DNA of 64,000 nt from Alphaproteobacteria bacterium (lineage in GTDB: Bacteria; Pseudomonadota; Alphaproteobacteria; GCA-2731375): contig CBDDBZ010000004.1 in assembly GCA_965225945.1 (NCBI GenBank), forward strand, positions 1 through 64,000, read 5' to 3'. The stretch's first letter is position 1. Every line of letters starts with the position of its first letter. Shown here piece by piece: positions 30,234 through 43,035 of this stretch. The notes below the pieces were generated by a model. That model was given only the letters and a program-made list of their open reading frames with translations. It did no database searches and was not told the origin of the DNA. Both the position numbers and the translations under genes were made by a program.

Positions 30234-31127
30234 ATGCCCCAGCCCCTTCGGCTCGGCGAGGTCACCGTGCAACGGGTCATCGACATGGAAAGCCCGGCGT
30301 TCGCGCCGAGCACTCTGCTGCCCGACGCCACGCCCGAGGCGATCCGGCCCTATCTCGACTGGCTAACGCCGCGCTTCGTGGACCCGGCGACGGGCAAGCT
30401 GATCCTCGCGATCCAAACCTATGTCGTGCGCACCCGCCATCACACAATTCTGATCGACACCTGTGTCGGCGAAGACAAGGAACGCAGCTTCAGCCCCGAT
30501 TGGCACATGCGCTCCGGCACCCGCTATCTCGCCGATCTGGCCGCCGCCGGGGTCCGGCCGGAAGAGGTGGATTTCGTCATGTGTACCCACCTCCATCCCG
30601 ATCATGTCGGCTGGAACACGCGCCTGGTGGACGGACGTTGGGTGCCGACCTTCCCCAATGCACGCTACGTCTTCGCGGCTGAGGAATGGGAGTTCTGGGA
30701 ACCCAAGTTCCGCCGCGATCCCCGCAAATTCGGCGACGGCGCCGGCCTCGATAGCGTGCTGCCGATCGTCGAGGCGGGCCGCGCCGAGATGGTCGAGGGC
30801 GACCACGCGCTGGACGACGATGTTCGGCTGGAGCCGACGCCGGGCCACACTCCCGGCCATGTCGCGGTGCGCATCGGTGGGCGCGAGGACGGCGCGGTGA
30901 TGACGGGCGACCTGATCCATTCGGTGCTGCAGTGCGCCGAGCCCGACTGGTGCTCCGCCGCTTGTTTCGACAAGGAACGCTCCCGCGCCACCCGCCGGCG
31001 CATCCTGGAGGAGAGCGCAGAGAACCGGACCCTGATGATGACGGCCCACTTCCCCTCGCCCTCGATCGGCCGCGCGGTCCGCCAGGGCGACGTTTTCGGC
31101 TTTGACTTCCTCGAGGACGACGTCTGA
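30234..31127 (+). CDS. MBL-fold metallo-hydrolase
   Basis: THLHPDHVGWNT, PTFPNARY, PGHTPGH, GDLIH. Confidence 0.92.
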   Translation: MPQPLRLGEVTVQRVIDMESPAFAPSTLLPDATPEAIRPYLDWLTPRFVDPATGKLILAIQTYVVRTRHHTILIDTCVGEDKERSFSPDWHMRSGTRYLADLAAAGVRPEEVDFVMCTHLHPDHVGWNTRLVDGRWVPTFPNARYVFAAEEWEFWEPKFRRDPRKFGDGAGLDSVLPIVEAGRAEMVEGDHALDDDVRLEPTPGHTPGHVAVRIGGREDGAVMTGDLIHSVLQCAEPDWCSAACFDKERSRATRRRILEESAENRTLMMTAHFPSPSIGRAVRQGDVFGFDFLEDDV

Positions 31128-31154
31128 GAGAGGCGACAAGGAGGACGATCCCCC

Positions 31155-32255
31155 ATGCGACGCATCATGGCGGCCCTCGCCGCCCTCGCCTGCGTCCTTC
31201 TCCTCGCCACCCCGGCCTGGACCGCCGAGGACGGCTTTCGCGTCGGCAACTGGTTCGGGGAAACCCGGCGGAATGCGGCGGGACGCTTCGCGTTCTGCGC
31301 CGTCAGCATCCAGAACGAGGCCAAGGTCTTCCTTACCCTCACGATGCGGCGGAAGGGCCGCCTGGACCTCGCGCTCTCCAACCGGAGTTGGACCCTCGAC
31401 GAAGGCGAATACAGCGGTGCCCGGCTGATCATCGACGAACAGGGGATCGGGGGATTCTTCGCCCGGGCGCTCAGCCGAGAAATGCTGGAGATCAATCTGC
31501 ACGGCCCGACGACGCTTCGCCATAGGATCGCCAACTCCCGGAGCCTGATCGTGCGGTTGGCCGGGGTGGAGCACGGCTTCGAAATGAAAGACGCCGGCCG
31601 CGCCCTCTCGGCGCTCGAGTCCTGCGTCGCCCGAGAGCGAAAGGCGCGGCTTCCGCCACGCGTATTTCGCGTACCCGCGCGGAAGCCGAAAGCCGCGCCG
31701 GCGGCGGGCTCGAAAAAGGACGAGGCACCGCCGGCGCCCACCGCGGCGGATTCCCATCCCTTCGGGAAGGGCAAGCGCTGGAGGCTGCCCGCCGACGCGA
31801 AAGGTTGGGAAGAGGCGATTAAACGGCTGATGGCGGCGGCGGGGCACGACGACGTGATCTTCGTCTCGCCTGAGATCATGCGCGAGACGGCGGGTTTCGA
31901 CGTCGCGCTCGGCTGGGTCGCCGACAAGACGCTCGGCTTCGTCCAGCCGCTCGCCGACCAAGCCAGGCTTCGAGGCTTTGTCACCGAGGCGTTGCTGCCG
32001 GCGATGGAGACGCATTGCCCGGGCGCCCTCAGGCCCGGCCCGATGCGCCGCGCGGAGGCGGGCGACATCCTGGTGTTCGAGCAGTCGGCGAGCTGTCAGG
32101 GCTCGCCCACCGGCCTCGGCGTCCACTCACTGCTGTTGATGCTGCCAGGCGAACCGCCGCGACTCCTCGGCTTCTCCCGCGCCGAGCGGGAACGCGAGGC
32201 GAGGCCGAAACTGGCGCTCCTCAAGTCCTTGGTGACCACCGGGTCGCAGCCCTGA
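31155..32255 (+). CDS. Exported hypothetical protein
   Basis: Signal peptide, two Cys-paired domains separated by a Pro/Ala/Lys linker; RBS ggagg. Confidence 0.7.
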   Translation: MRRIMAALAALACVLLLATPAWTAEDGFRVGNWFGETRRNAAGRFAFCAVSIQNEAKVFLTLTMRRKGRLDLALSNRSWTLDEGEYSGARLIIDEQGIGGFFARALSREMLEINLHGPTTLRHRIANSRSLIVRLAGVEHGFEMKDAGRALSALESCVARERKARLPPRVFRVPARKPKAAPAAGSKKDEAPPAPTAADSHPFGKGKRWRLPADAKGWEEAIKRLMAAAGHDDVIFVSPEIMRETAGFDVALGWVADKTLGFVQPLADQARLRGFVTEALLPAMETHCPGALRPGPMRRAEAGDILVFEQSASCQGSPTGLGVHSLLLMLPGEPPRLLGFSRAEREREARPKLALLKSLVTTGSQP

Positions 32256-32426
32256 GGCGGCCTCGAGGTGGACTTCGCGCCGTGGCGGCGTTGCGGCTAT
32301 ACTCCCACCCCTCGGGACCGAGGGAGAGTGAGGCGCGCTCCCGGGCCGCCTCGTCGGGGGACCGATCGATCGCGCCGAGGCATGACGCCGGACGCCGGCT
32401 GGAGATCATGTAAGAGGAATGAAGCA

Positions 32427-34145
32427 ATGCCCACGCGCAACCTCGCCGTCCTCGTGATCTTGCTCGTCATGCTCGCGACCCCGGCGCGGGCAAATTTTTC
32501 GCTCGGACAGAACCTCTTCTCCGCCGGTGATTACACGGGCGCGTTGGAAGCTTGGCGTCCGCTCGCCGAGGCCGGCGACACCCGCGCGCAATACAGCCTG
32601 GGCGTGATTTACGAAAAGGGTCTCGGCGTCGGCAAGGATATCGCCAAGGCGGCCGAGTGGTACCGCAAGGCGGCGGATCAGGGATACGCCCCCGCGATCA
32701 CCGCGCTCAGAGCCGCCAAGCGTCGATTGGGGCCGCCACCGTCGGCGAAGCCATCGCCACGACCGAAGCCGAAGGTCGCGACGCCGCCCCGGCCCAAGGC
32801 GATGTCGGAGCGGGACCATATCGAACTGCTGGTGCGGGAGATGCTCCGCCAAGCCGACCTGCACCTCCGCGCCGGCGTGCTCGAGCACGGCGATGTCGAC
32901 GTCGCGGACGAAGGCGGCGGCTATCGCGCCGAGATCGAGAGCCTTTCCTTCACCGACGGCCGCGGCAGTCGGATCGACATCGGCGACGTCGTACTGCACT
33001 TCGCCCGCCAGGGTGATCGCTACTACCGGATTACGCCGAGAATACCCAAATCGTTGAAGTTTTACGAACAGGGCGGTTCGCCACCGAGCCAGATACGCAT
33101 CGGCTCGCAACGAGGCGAGTTCGTCTGGGATCGCGACCTGGAGATCATGGTCGATATGGACATGACCTATGGCGACATGCGGATCGTCGACGAAAAGGGG
33201 CGCGAGAAGGCCCGCTTCGGCGAAATGTCGATGACCTCGGATCTGGTCGAAAAGGGCGGCAGGTGGTCGGGGCCGATGGCGCTTCGGATCCGCGATGTCG
33301 AGGCGAGCGAAAAAAATGCCGGCAGCTTCCGTCTCGGCGAGCTCGCCTTCGTCGTCCGGGTCGAGAATTTGGACATGGTGCGCTATGCCCGCCTGTCGCG
33401 CGGCCTCGCCAGCGGCGAGACGACACCCGATCGTCTGCTGCAAGGCTTCGGCCAACTGCTGTCCGGCTTCTCGGTCGCGTTCAGCTTCGACGACTTGGTG
33501 GCGGGACCCACCGGCCAACCGCCGGCGAGGCTTCAGCGCCTCGAATATGGCCTGTCGCTCTCCGGAATCGACCGTCCCCTCGCCTCCCTCGCCATGCGCT
33601 ACGGCCATCGCGGCCTCGCCGGCCAAGCACCCGTCGTCCCCCTCCAAGTCCCCCGTGAGGCCGGCCTCGCCCTGACCCTCGATCGCCTGCCGATCGAAAC
33701 CGTGGTAAAGGCCGGCGTCGCGGCACTGCTCGAATACTGGTTCTTCGGCGAGGTCGCCTCCGGCAGCGCCGTCTACAACGAGTTGCGCGCCGCGCTCACC
33801 GAGGCGCGGACGGAACTGCGGATCGAGGACGGCGCGCTTGCGGCACCCGACCACCTCATCGGGCTCGCCGGCAACTTCGCCGCCGATGCCCAGGCCATCT
33901 TGGGCATCTCGGGCCAGGCCAGGCTGACGGTGGCCGGCCTCAACGGCATTCTCGCCCAATTCCGAGCGGGCCGCCCGGCGCCGAAGCGACCCGAGATGTC
34001 ACTGGAAAACGTCCTGCGCCAGATGGGCCGGCGCTCGGCCGACGGCCAGACCTACGCCTACGACATCTCGGTGGACCGCCAGGGGAAGTTCCTGATCAAC
34101 GGGCAGAGCGCCGCGCCGCTGATGGCGGCGATGTTCGCCAATTGA
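32427..34145 (+). CDS. Exported Sel1-repeat protein with a large beta-rich C-terminal domain
   Basis: Signal peptide, LAEAGDTRAQYSLGVIYEKGLGV..AAEWYRKAADQG, Pro-rich linker, C-terminal G.FLING. Confidence 0.8.
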   Translation: MPTRNLAVLVILLVMLATPARANFSLGQNLFSAGDYTGALEAWRPLAEAGDTRAQYSLGVIYEKGLGVGKDIAKAAEWYRKAADQGYAPAITALRAAKRRLGPPPSAKPSPRPKPKVATPPRPKAMSERDHIELLVREMLRQADLHLRAGVLEHGDVDVADEGGGYRAEIESLSFTDGRGSRIDIGDVVLHFARQGDRYYRITPRIPKSLKFYEQGGSPPSQIRIGSQRGEFVWDRDLEIMVDMDMTYGDMRIVDEKGREKARFGEMSMTSDLVEKGGRWSGPMALRIRDVEASEKNAGSFRLGELAFVVRVENLDMVRYARLSRGLASGETTPDRLLQGFGQLLSGFSVAFSFDDLVAGPTGQPPARLQRLEYGLSLSGIDRPLASLAMRYGHRGLAGQAPVVPLQVPREAGLALTLDRLPIETVVKAGVAALLEYWFFGEVASGSAVYNELRAALTEARTELRIEDGALAAPDHLIGLAGNFAADAQAILGISGQARLTVAGLNGILAQFRAGRPAPKRPEMSLENVLRQMGRRSADGQTYAYDISVDRQGKFLINGQSAAPLMAAMFAN

Positions 34146-34159
34146 TACGAGGCGACCCT

Positions 34160-35116
34160 CTAGCGATCGAAATCCACCGCGGTCGAGTTGCCGCCGCTGA
34201 CGACGATGCCGACATGCTCGCCGGGACTCGCTCGATAGGCGCCGGAATGGACCGCGGCGAAGGCCGCGGCGCCTCCGGGCTCGACGACAATCCGCAGCGC
34301 CTTCCATAAGGCCTCTTGGGCCGCTCGGATCGCCTCGTCTTGGACCAGCAGGACACCGGCCATATAGCTTCGGGCGAGCGGAAACATCAGCTCGCCGACA
34401 CGGCGCGGCGCCAAGGAATCGGCGGCGATGCCGCCCGCCGGGGCGTCGACGGGCGCGCCCGCCTGCAACGCGCGGTGGAGTGTCGGCGCGCTTGATGGCT
34501 CGACCCCGATCAGCTTGACCGCGCCCCTATTCCAGGCCGCGAGGCCACCGGCCAGACCACCACCGCCGACGCCGACCAGGACCGTGTCGACATCCCCGGC
34601 CTGCGCCCCGAACTCGCGACCGAGGGTGCCCTGGCCCAAAAGTGTCATCGGATGGTCGAAGGCGTGAACCTCGATGGCGCCGGAGTCCGCGATCCACGCC
34701 TGGCTCGCGGCAAGCGCATCGCCATAGAGCGCGCCGCCGACCACGAGTTCGGCGCCGTAGTCGCGGATGCGGGCGATCTTGGCGGGGGAGGAGATGCTCG
34801 GCACGAAGATCATGGCCGCGACGCCCAGGCGCATCGCGGCGTAGGCGACCGCCGCGCCGTGATTGCCGCCCGAGGCCGCGACCACGCCCGCCGACGGGAT
34901 CTCGCGGCCGAGCAGGTGCGCGAAGGCGCCCCGCGCCTTGAACGACCCCGAATGCTGTAGCAGCTCCAGCTTGAGCGTGATCCGCGCGAACTCCCGCCCG
35001 ACGTCGGCGCCCTCGATGTCGACGACGGGGGTCTGGCGAATATAGGGCGCGATCCGCTCGTGGGTCTCGGTGATAGCCTCCGGCGTGAGCGCCGGGTCGA
35101 CGGCTACAGCGTCCAC
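34160..35116 (-). CDS. Threonine/serine dehydratase (PLP fold II)
   Basis: KLELLQHSGSFKARGA, ASGGNHG, VGGGGL, EPGGA, SGGN. Confidence 0.93.
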   Translation of the reverse strand: MDAVAVDPALTPEAITETHERIAPYIRQTPVVDIEGADVGREFARITLKLELLQHSGSFKARGAFAHLLGREIPSAGVVAASGGNHGAAVAYAAMRLGVAAMIFVPSISSPAKIARIRDYGAELVVGGALYGDALAASQAWIADSGAIEVHAFDHPMTLLGQGTLGREFGAQAGDVDTVLVGVGGGGLAGGLAAWNRGAVKLIGVEPSSAPTLHRALQAGAPVDAPAGGIAADSLAPRRVGELMFPLARSYMAGVLLVQDEAIRAAQEALWKALRIVVEPGGAAAFAAVHSGAYRASPGEHVGIVVSGGNSTAVDFDR

Positions 35117-35970
35117 TCGTTGCCCGCCTCCTCGCCGGCCACGGTGGTGCGCACCATCACGCGCGGCTGGTCGCCGGGATAACCGTGGCCCCGGTGTAGG
35201 ACACAGCGATTGTCCCAGATCACCAAATCGCCCGGCCGCCAGGAATGCTTGTAGGTCCGGGGCGCCCGGCAGGCGTCCTCGCAGAGCGATATCAGAAGGC
35301 TCCGACTCTCCTCCACGTCCTCGCCCTTGATATGGCTGGCGTGCCGGCCGATGTAGAGGTTCTTGCGGGCCGTCGCCGAATGGGTGCGGATCACCGGATG
35401 CTCGACAGGCGGCACGGCGTTCCACTCGTCCTCGCTCAGCGCCTTCATGCCGCCGACTTGGGCTTGGCTGTAGCCGTAGCTGTGCACGGCGATCTTGTCG
35501 TCCAGTCGATCCCGTAGTTCGCCATCCAGCTCGTCGTAGGCGGCGCGCATGTCGGCGAACTCGGTCTCGCCACCCTCGCTCGGGACCTGGCAGGCCCGGA
35601 GCAGCGAGGCCATCGCCGGCACCCGCTTGAACGAGCTGTCGGTGTGCCAGTAGCTGTTTCCCTTCAAGAACAGGCCGTGCGAGCTCTCCGGCTTCCAAAG
35701 GTCGCCACCCTCCTTGACGTTGGAGAGGACGATCACTTCCGGGTTGTCGCCGATGTTGTTGGCGGTGACTTTGCGTTCCAACGATCCGAAGCGCCGGCTG
35801 AAGGCGATGTGCGTCTCGTCGCACAAGTTCTGTTCGGGGAAGGCCAAAACGGCGTGTCGGTGCCAGGCCTGCTCGATATGGGCGAAGGTCTCGTCGTCGA
35901 TCTCGGCCAGGTCGAGGCCGGTGACGACGGCGCCGAGGGTGTTTTCGGTGGGCGTGATTGTCAACATCAT
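35104..35970 (-). CDS. TauD/TfdA-family 2OG-Fe(II) dioxygenase
   Basis: WHTDSSF, GGETEFADMRAAY, WDNRCVLHR. Confidence 0.94.
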   Translation of the reverse strand: MMLTITPTENTLGAVVTGLDLAEIDDETFAHIEQAWHRHAVLAFPEQNLCDETHIAFSRRFGSLERKVTANNIGDNPEVIVLSNVKEGGDLWKPESSHGLFLKGNSYWHTDSSFKRVPAMASLLRACQVPSEGGETEFADMRAAYDELDGELRDRLDDKIAVHSYGYSQAQVGGMKALSEDEWNAVPPVEHPVIRTHSATARKNLYIGRHASHIKGEDVEESRSLLISLCEDACRAPRTYKHSWRPGDLVIWDNRCVLHRGHGYPGDQPRVMVRTTVAGEEAGNEWTL

Positions 35971-36031
35971 GTCGATCTCTCTCCTTCGGGCGCGGCGATT
36001 TTCCCTCATTCGGGAGGAAATTTAAAGCCGC

Positions 36032-36649
36032 TCATTCCGACGCCTCGGTCCTCGCGCCACGGCGCAGTTCGTCGCGGTTGAGAGCCAGCCATTGGAGCGC
36101 GATGACGGCGGGGCTGGCAGTCACGCGGCCCTCGGCGAGGGCCGCCATCGCCGCCGCGAATTCGAGCACGACGACGCGGATGTCCTCGCCCTCCTCGGCC
36201 AAGCCGTGCACTCCGCCGGCACCACGCGCATCGACCTCGGCGTGGAAAATCGCGATGGTTTCCGACAGCACGCCGGGCGAGGTGTAGTAGGTCAGGATCG
36301 GCGTCGTGTTCCCGAGCTCGAGGCCGGCCTCCTCCATGGCCTCGCGCCGGGCCACCTCGACCAAATCCTCGCCCCGCTCGACGATGCCGGCGACGATTTC
36401 CAGCAACCAAGGGGCATCGTCCCCCCGGACCACGGCGCCGATCCGAAGCTGCTCCACCATCACCACCTCGTCGCGCGCCGCATCGTAGGGCAGGACCGCC
36501 ACGGCGTGGCCGCGCTCGATCACTTCGCGGGTGAGTTCCCCACTCCAGCCGCCGGCATGGAGGCGGTGGCGAAGCCGCGTCTTCCGGACCTCGAGATAGC
36601 CGTCATAGGCGATCTCTCGCCCGAGAATTTCGACGTCGCCTCGATCCAT
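36032..36649 (-). CDS. nudF: ADP-ribose pyrophosphatase (NUDIX)
   Basis: RGHAVAVLPYD, EIVAGIVE.GE...VARREAMEEAG, SPG..SE, EGEDIRV. Confidence 0.88.
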   Translation of the reverse strand: MDRGDVEILGREIAYDGYLEVRKTRLRHRLHAGGWSGELTREVIERGHAVAVLPYDAARDEVVMVEQLRIGAVVRGDDAPWLLEIVAGIVERGEDLVEVARREAMEEAGLELGNTTPILTYYTSPGVLSETIAIFHAEVDARGAGGVHGLAEEGEDIRVVVLEFAAAMAALAEGRVTASPAVIALQWLALNRDELRRGARTEASE

Positions 36650-36661
36650 GTCTCAGTACCC

Positions 36662-37942
36662 CTAGTCCACATCCGCGTCCGGGTCGGGCGGCACGATGCG
36701 CCGGACCAGCGGGCCGATGGTGAGCCCCTGAACGATGATCGAGAAGACCACGACGCCGTAACAGGCGACGACGATCGCGTCCTTGGCGCCGGACGCCGGC
36801 AGGGAGAGCGCCAGCGCCACGGAGATTCCGCCCCGGAGGCCGCCCCAGGTCAGCACCCGGATCGCGCCTCGGGTGAACTCGCCGAAGGCGCCGAGCACGC
36901 GAATGGGAATGCCGACGGAAACAAAGCGGGCGGCGAGCACGATCGGGATCGCCGCCAGCGCCGCCGCCAGATAGGGCCCCTCGAACGGCAGCAGCAGGAT
37001 CTCCAGGCCGATCAGCAGGAACAGGATCGCGTTCAGGATCTCGTCGATCAGGCTCCAGAAGTTGGTGAGATGGGTGCGGGTGCTCTCGCTCATCGCCAGA
37101 CGCTTGCCGTGGTTGCCGATCAGCAGGCCGGCGCAGACCATGGCGATCGGGCCGGAGACGTGCAGCATCTGGGCGATCTGGTAGCCGCCGATCACCAGGG
37201 CGAGGGTCATGATGATCTCGAGGTTGAACTCGTCGATCCGCCGCATGGCGGCGAAGACGATCCCGCCCAAGACGATCCCGAGCACGGCGCCGACCACCGC
37301 CTCCTGGAGGAAGAGGACCACGACGCCGGCCGGATCGACGCCGCCTCCCTCCCCGCCACCGCCGACGGCGATCGACAGCAGGATGGCGAAGATCACCACG
37401 CCGACGCCGTCGTTGAACAGGCTCTCGCCGGCGATCTTGGCCTCGAGGCTGACCGGTACCCGGGTCGTCTTCAGAATGCCGAGCACCGCCACCGGATCGG
37501 TCGGCGCAATCAGCGCGCCGAACAGCAGGCAATAGATGAAGGCGATCTCGATCCCCAGCGCACCGAACACCAGCGACATGGCGCCGCCGACCAGGAAGGT
37601 CGACAGCAGCACGCCGAAGGTCGCCATGCTGGCGATTGCCCATTTCTGATTAGCGAGCTGCGAGAGATCGACATGCAGCGCGCCGGCGAAGAGCAGGAAG
37701 CTCAACATGACCTGCATCAACGCCTCGTAAAAATCGATTTTGAGCAGCGAGGCACGCAGGGATTCACCGAGGCCGAAGCCCGGCACCAGCGCGTCGATAC
37801 CGAGTGCCACGAGCGAGACGGCGAGCGCGATCACCACCAGTCCGATCGAGGTCGGCAGGCGGAGGAAATGATGATTGAGGTAGCCGAAAAGGGCGGCGAG
37901 CGTCAGCAACACCGCGACCGCGTCCAGGAGCGGCTTGCTCAC
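36662..37942 (-). CDS. CPA1 Na+/H+ antiporter (NhaP-type)
   Basis: [30 protein letters not shown]. Confidence 0.93.
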   Translation of the reverse strand: MSKPLLDAVAVLLTLAALFGYLNHHFLRLPTSIGLVVIALAVSLVALGIDALVPGFGLGESLRASLLKIDFYEALMQVMLSFLLFAGALHVDLSQLANQKWAIASMATFGVLLSTFLVGGAMSLVFGALGIEIAFIYCLLFGALIAPTDPVAVLGILKTTRVPVSLEAKIAGESLFNDGVGVVIFAILLSIAVGGGGEGGGVDPAGVVVLFLQEAVVGAVLGIVLGGIVFAAMRRIDEFNLEIIMTLALVIGGYQIAQMLHVSGPIAMVCAGLLIGNHGKRLAMSESTRTHLTNFWSLIDEILNAILFLLIGLEILLLPFEGPYLAAALAAIPIVLAARFVSVGIPIRVLGAFGEFTRGAIRVLTWGGLRGGISVALALSLPASGAKDAIVVACYGVVVFSIIVQGLTIGPLVRRIVPPDPDADVD

Positions 37943-38433
37943 GAGGCGAACTCCAGCCGGCGGGCCTCGGGCCCAAGACGGCGCCAGCGGCCGTCGAGCG
38001 CCGAGGGACGCGCCATCGCTCCCTCCCGCATCCAACGTTTCGCGCGGCGCAATTGGTGATCAAGGTGGTGGCGCCGCCAAGTCTCGAAATCCCAGGGCGC
38101 GCCGTCGTCGAAGAGCGGGGTTCGGGCGAGACAGGTTCGCGCCAACACCGCGCCGCCGCCCGCGCGGCGGACCAGCAGGTTGGCCATGCGGTACTCGGCG
38201 CCCTCGTAGAAGGCGATCCGTGCCGCGTCGCGCGCGGTCAGACCATCCACCAGCAGACCCTCGACGTGGGCCCCCGGCGCCGGCGCGAGGCAGGGGTAGT
38301 TTTCGCCGACGACGCCGCGGCACGCGTGGCCAGGGAGCCACGCGGATGTCGAGCGCCGCGCGACGAGCGGGTGGCCGAGCACCACCTCGAGCAAGGCCGG
38401 ATCGCGCAGCGTGCCGTAGAAGAAGAACCGCAT
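37939..38433 (-). CDS. Gamma-glutamylcyclotransferase/AIG2-like protein
   Basis: [23 protein letters not shown]. Confidence 0.85.
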   Translation of the reverse strand: MRFFFYGTLRDPALLEVVLGHPLVARRSTSAWLPGHACRGVVGENYPCLAPAPGAHVEGLLVDGLTARDAARIAFYEGAEYRMANLLVRRAGGGAVLARTCLARTPLFDDGAPWDFETWRRHHLDHQLRRAKRWMREGAMARPSALDGRWRRLGPEARRLEFAS

Positions 38434-38532
38434 GTCCGCTCGTCGTCAGCTTTTCTCGGGACGGCGGGTCGCCCCCGACGTCCGGGTTGTCGTAGCATAG
38501 TCGCCCGGACCACGGCGACAGGAAGATGCACG

Positions 38533-38970
38533 ATGGTGATGCGGAGCCTTCTCGGCCCCCTCTTTCTGCTGGGCCTGTTGCTGGCGACGCCCATGGGTGG
38601 GCAGGCGCTGGAGCTTCCCGACGGCTCAGCCGATGCCATTCGCCAGGTCATCGAACGTCAAATCGCGGCCTTCCGCGCGGACGACGGGGCCGCCGCCTTC
38701 GGCCACGCCTCGCCGACGGTCCGCCGCATCTTCGGCGACGTCGAGACCTTCATGACCATGGTCAGGCGCGACTACCAGCCGGTCTACCGACCGACAACTT
38801 TCGAGTTTCGCGAGGTCGTGGAATGGCGCGGCCAGCCGACGCAGGAGGTCGTCGTCGTCGGCCCGGACGGCCGGGTGGTGCTGGCGCTCTATTCTATGGA
38901 GCTGCAGCCGGACGGCGACTGGCTGATCAACGGCTGCACGCTCGTGCGCCTCTCCGACCACGCGGCGTGA
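38533..38970 (+). CDS. DUF4864 exported protein
   Basis: IRQVIERQIAAFRADD..AF..ASP..F..MVRRDY, Y.M..QPDG.W.INGC. Confidence 0.85.
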   Translation: MVMRSLLGPLFLLGLLLATPMGGQALELPDGSADAIRQVIERQIAAFRADDGAAAFGHASPTVRRIFGDVETFMTMVRRDYQPVYRPTTFEFREVVEWRGQPTQEVVVVGPDGRVVLALYSMELQPDGDWLINGCTLVRLSDHAA

Positions 38971-38977
38971 AGCGGGG

Positions 38978-40381
38978 CTAGATCAGGAACCAGGCCGCCA
39001 AGCCGAGAAACGCCAGAAAACCGATCACGTCGGTGACGGTGGTGAGGAAGACGCTGGCGGCCACCGCCGGATCGACGCCGAGGCGCTGACAGGTGAGCGG
39101 GATCAGCGTGCCGAACAGGCCGGCGACCAGCAGGTTGATCACCATCGCCGCCGCGATCACCAAGCCGAGCGCCGGCATCGCGAACCAAGCCCAAGCGACA
39201 ACGCCCGTCAGCACCGCGAAGAGCACACCGTTGATGGCGCCGACCGCTACCTCCTTGCCGACGATGCGGAGCGCGTTGGCCGCCGTCAGGTCCCGCGTCG
39301 CCAGCGCCCGGACGGCGACGGTCAGCGTCTGGGTGCCGGCGTTGCCGCCCATCGAGGCGACGATCGGCATCAACACCGCCAGCGCCACGATCTGCTTGAT
39401 GGTCGCGTCGAAGAGGCCGATCACGGCCGAGGCGAGAATTGCCGTGAACAGGTTGACCAGCAGCCAGGTGAAGCGGGTCCGCGTGGTCCGCCCGACCGAT
39501 TGCGCCAGGTCGGTCTCGCCGGCGACACCCGCGAGCCGCAGGATGTCCTCCTCCGCCTCTTCCTCGATCACCTCGGCGATGTCGTCGAAGGTGACGACGC
39601 CGACCATGCGGCCGCCGTCGTCGACCACCGGGGCGGACGCCATGCGGTAGCGGCGAAACAGATAGGCCACCTCCTCCTGGTCCATCTCGAGCGGCACGAG
39701 CCGGGTCTCCGGCACCATGATCGCAGCCACCATCACCGGCCGCTTGGTCCGCATGGCCCGGTAGAGCGGCACGCTGCCGATCGGGCGATGGCGCGGGTCG
39801 ACGATGAAGATCTCGTAGAACTCGTCCGGCAACTCTGCGCTATCGCGGCAATAGTCGATGACCTGGCCGACGGTCCAATAGGCCGGTACCGCGACGAACT
39901 CGCGCTGCATCAGGCGGGCGGCGGAATCCTCGGGAAAGGCCAGGCCCTCTCGCACCTGGGCGCGGCCCGGCGCCGGCACCCGGTGCAGGACCTCGTCGCG
40001 CGCGTCGGCCTCCATCCGCTCCAGCAGGGAGATGGCGTCGTCGGTATCGAGATCGGCGATCCATCGGGCGATCGGTTCGGGATCGAGACCGGCGAGCAGG
40101 CCTTCGAGAACCGAGGGCTCGAGCTCGATTACCATCTCGGGATCGAGCTCGTCGCCGAGCCAGGCGACCAGCGTGTCGCGATCGTCGCGGCCCAGCAGGC
40201 CGATCAGGTCGGCGAGATCGGCCGCGTGCAGCGGCTGGATCAGGACCTCGAGTTCGGACCAGTTCTCCTCGTCGATGGCGTTCTCGACGACGCGCACGTA
40301 GTCGGTGCCGACGACATGGACGTCGTTCGGACTGCCGTCTCTCTCCGCTGTCGTGACCTCGGGCTCGCTCATCGGCCCCAT
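38978..40381 (-). CDS. mgtE: Magnesium transporter
   Basis: LHAADLADL, CBS pair, PIVASMGGNAGTQ, DPAVA..F.TT.TDV. Confidence 0.96.
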   Translation of the reverse strand: MGPMSEPEVTTAERDGSPNDVHVVGTDYVRVVENAIDEENWSELEVLIQPLHAADLADLIGLLGRDDRDTLVAWLGDELDPEMVIELEPSVLEGLLAGLDPEPIARWIADLDTDDAISLLERMEADARDEVLHRVPAPGRAQVREGLAFPEDSAARLMQREFVAVPAYWTVGQVIDYCRDSAELPDEFYEIFIVDPRHRPIGSVPLYRAMRTKRPVMVAAIMVPETRLVPLEMDQEEVAYLFRRYRMASAPVVDDGGRMVGVVTFDDIAEVIEEEAEEDILRLAGVAGETDLAQSVGRTTRTRFTWLLVNLFTAILASAVIGLFDATIKQIVALAVLMPIVASMGGNAGTQTLTVAVRALATRDLTAANALRIVGKEVAVGAINGVLFAVLTGVVAWAWFAMPALGLVIAAAMVINLLVAGLFGTLIPLTCQRLGVDPAVAASVFLTTVTDVIGFLAFLGLAAWFLI

Positions 40382-40476
40382 CCCCGAGCCATCGCCCGGG
40401 CGGGTCCCGGCGCGGGCGAAACGGCTCCCGCTTTTACGCCGGCCGGGCCGGGAACACCACCCGGGCCCGGCCGGTT

Positions 40477-42783
<2,307 letters not shown>

Positions 42784-42887
42784 GGTCCCCTCCCCCGGGT
42801 GTCGCTTCGGCGACGGCGCCCCGCCCGCGTTCACGGGCGCCGAAACGACGAAGCCCGTGGAGGCGGCTCCACGGACCAGGGAATTCT

Positions 42888-42975
42888 TGGTGCGGTCGAG
42901 AAGACTCGAACTTCCACGGGGTGTTACCCCACAGCGACCTCAACGCTGCGCGTCTACCAATTCCGCCACGACCGC
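42888..42975 (-). tRNA. tRNA-Leu(GAG)
   Basis: GCGGTCGTGGCGGAATTGGTAGACGCGCAGCGTT-GAG-GTCGCTGT, long variable arm, GTTCGAG, encoded CCA; 88 nt. Confidence 0.97.
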
Positions 42976-43035
42976 ATGAAGGACGTCGATGTAGCAAATC
43001 GCGCACTTGTCCGCAAGGGCGCGCGCTTTCGCCGC

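Noticed and set aside
23349-31127. Three MBL-fold hydrolases as a resistance or defence cluster
   Set aside because: They belong to different housekeeping-type subfamilies and are interspersed with core metabolic genes at genome-typical composition.
42888-42975. tRNA-Leu as an att site for the island
   Set aside because: I saw no duplicated tRNA 3' end and no integrase in the window.
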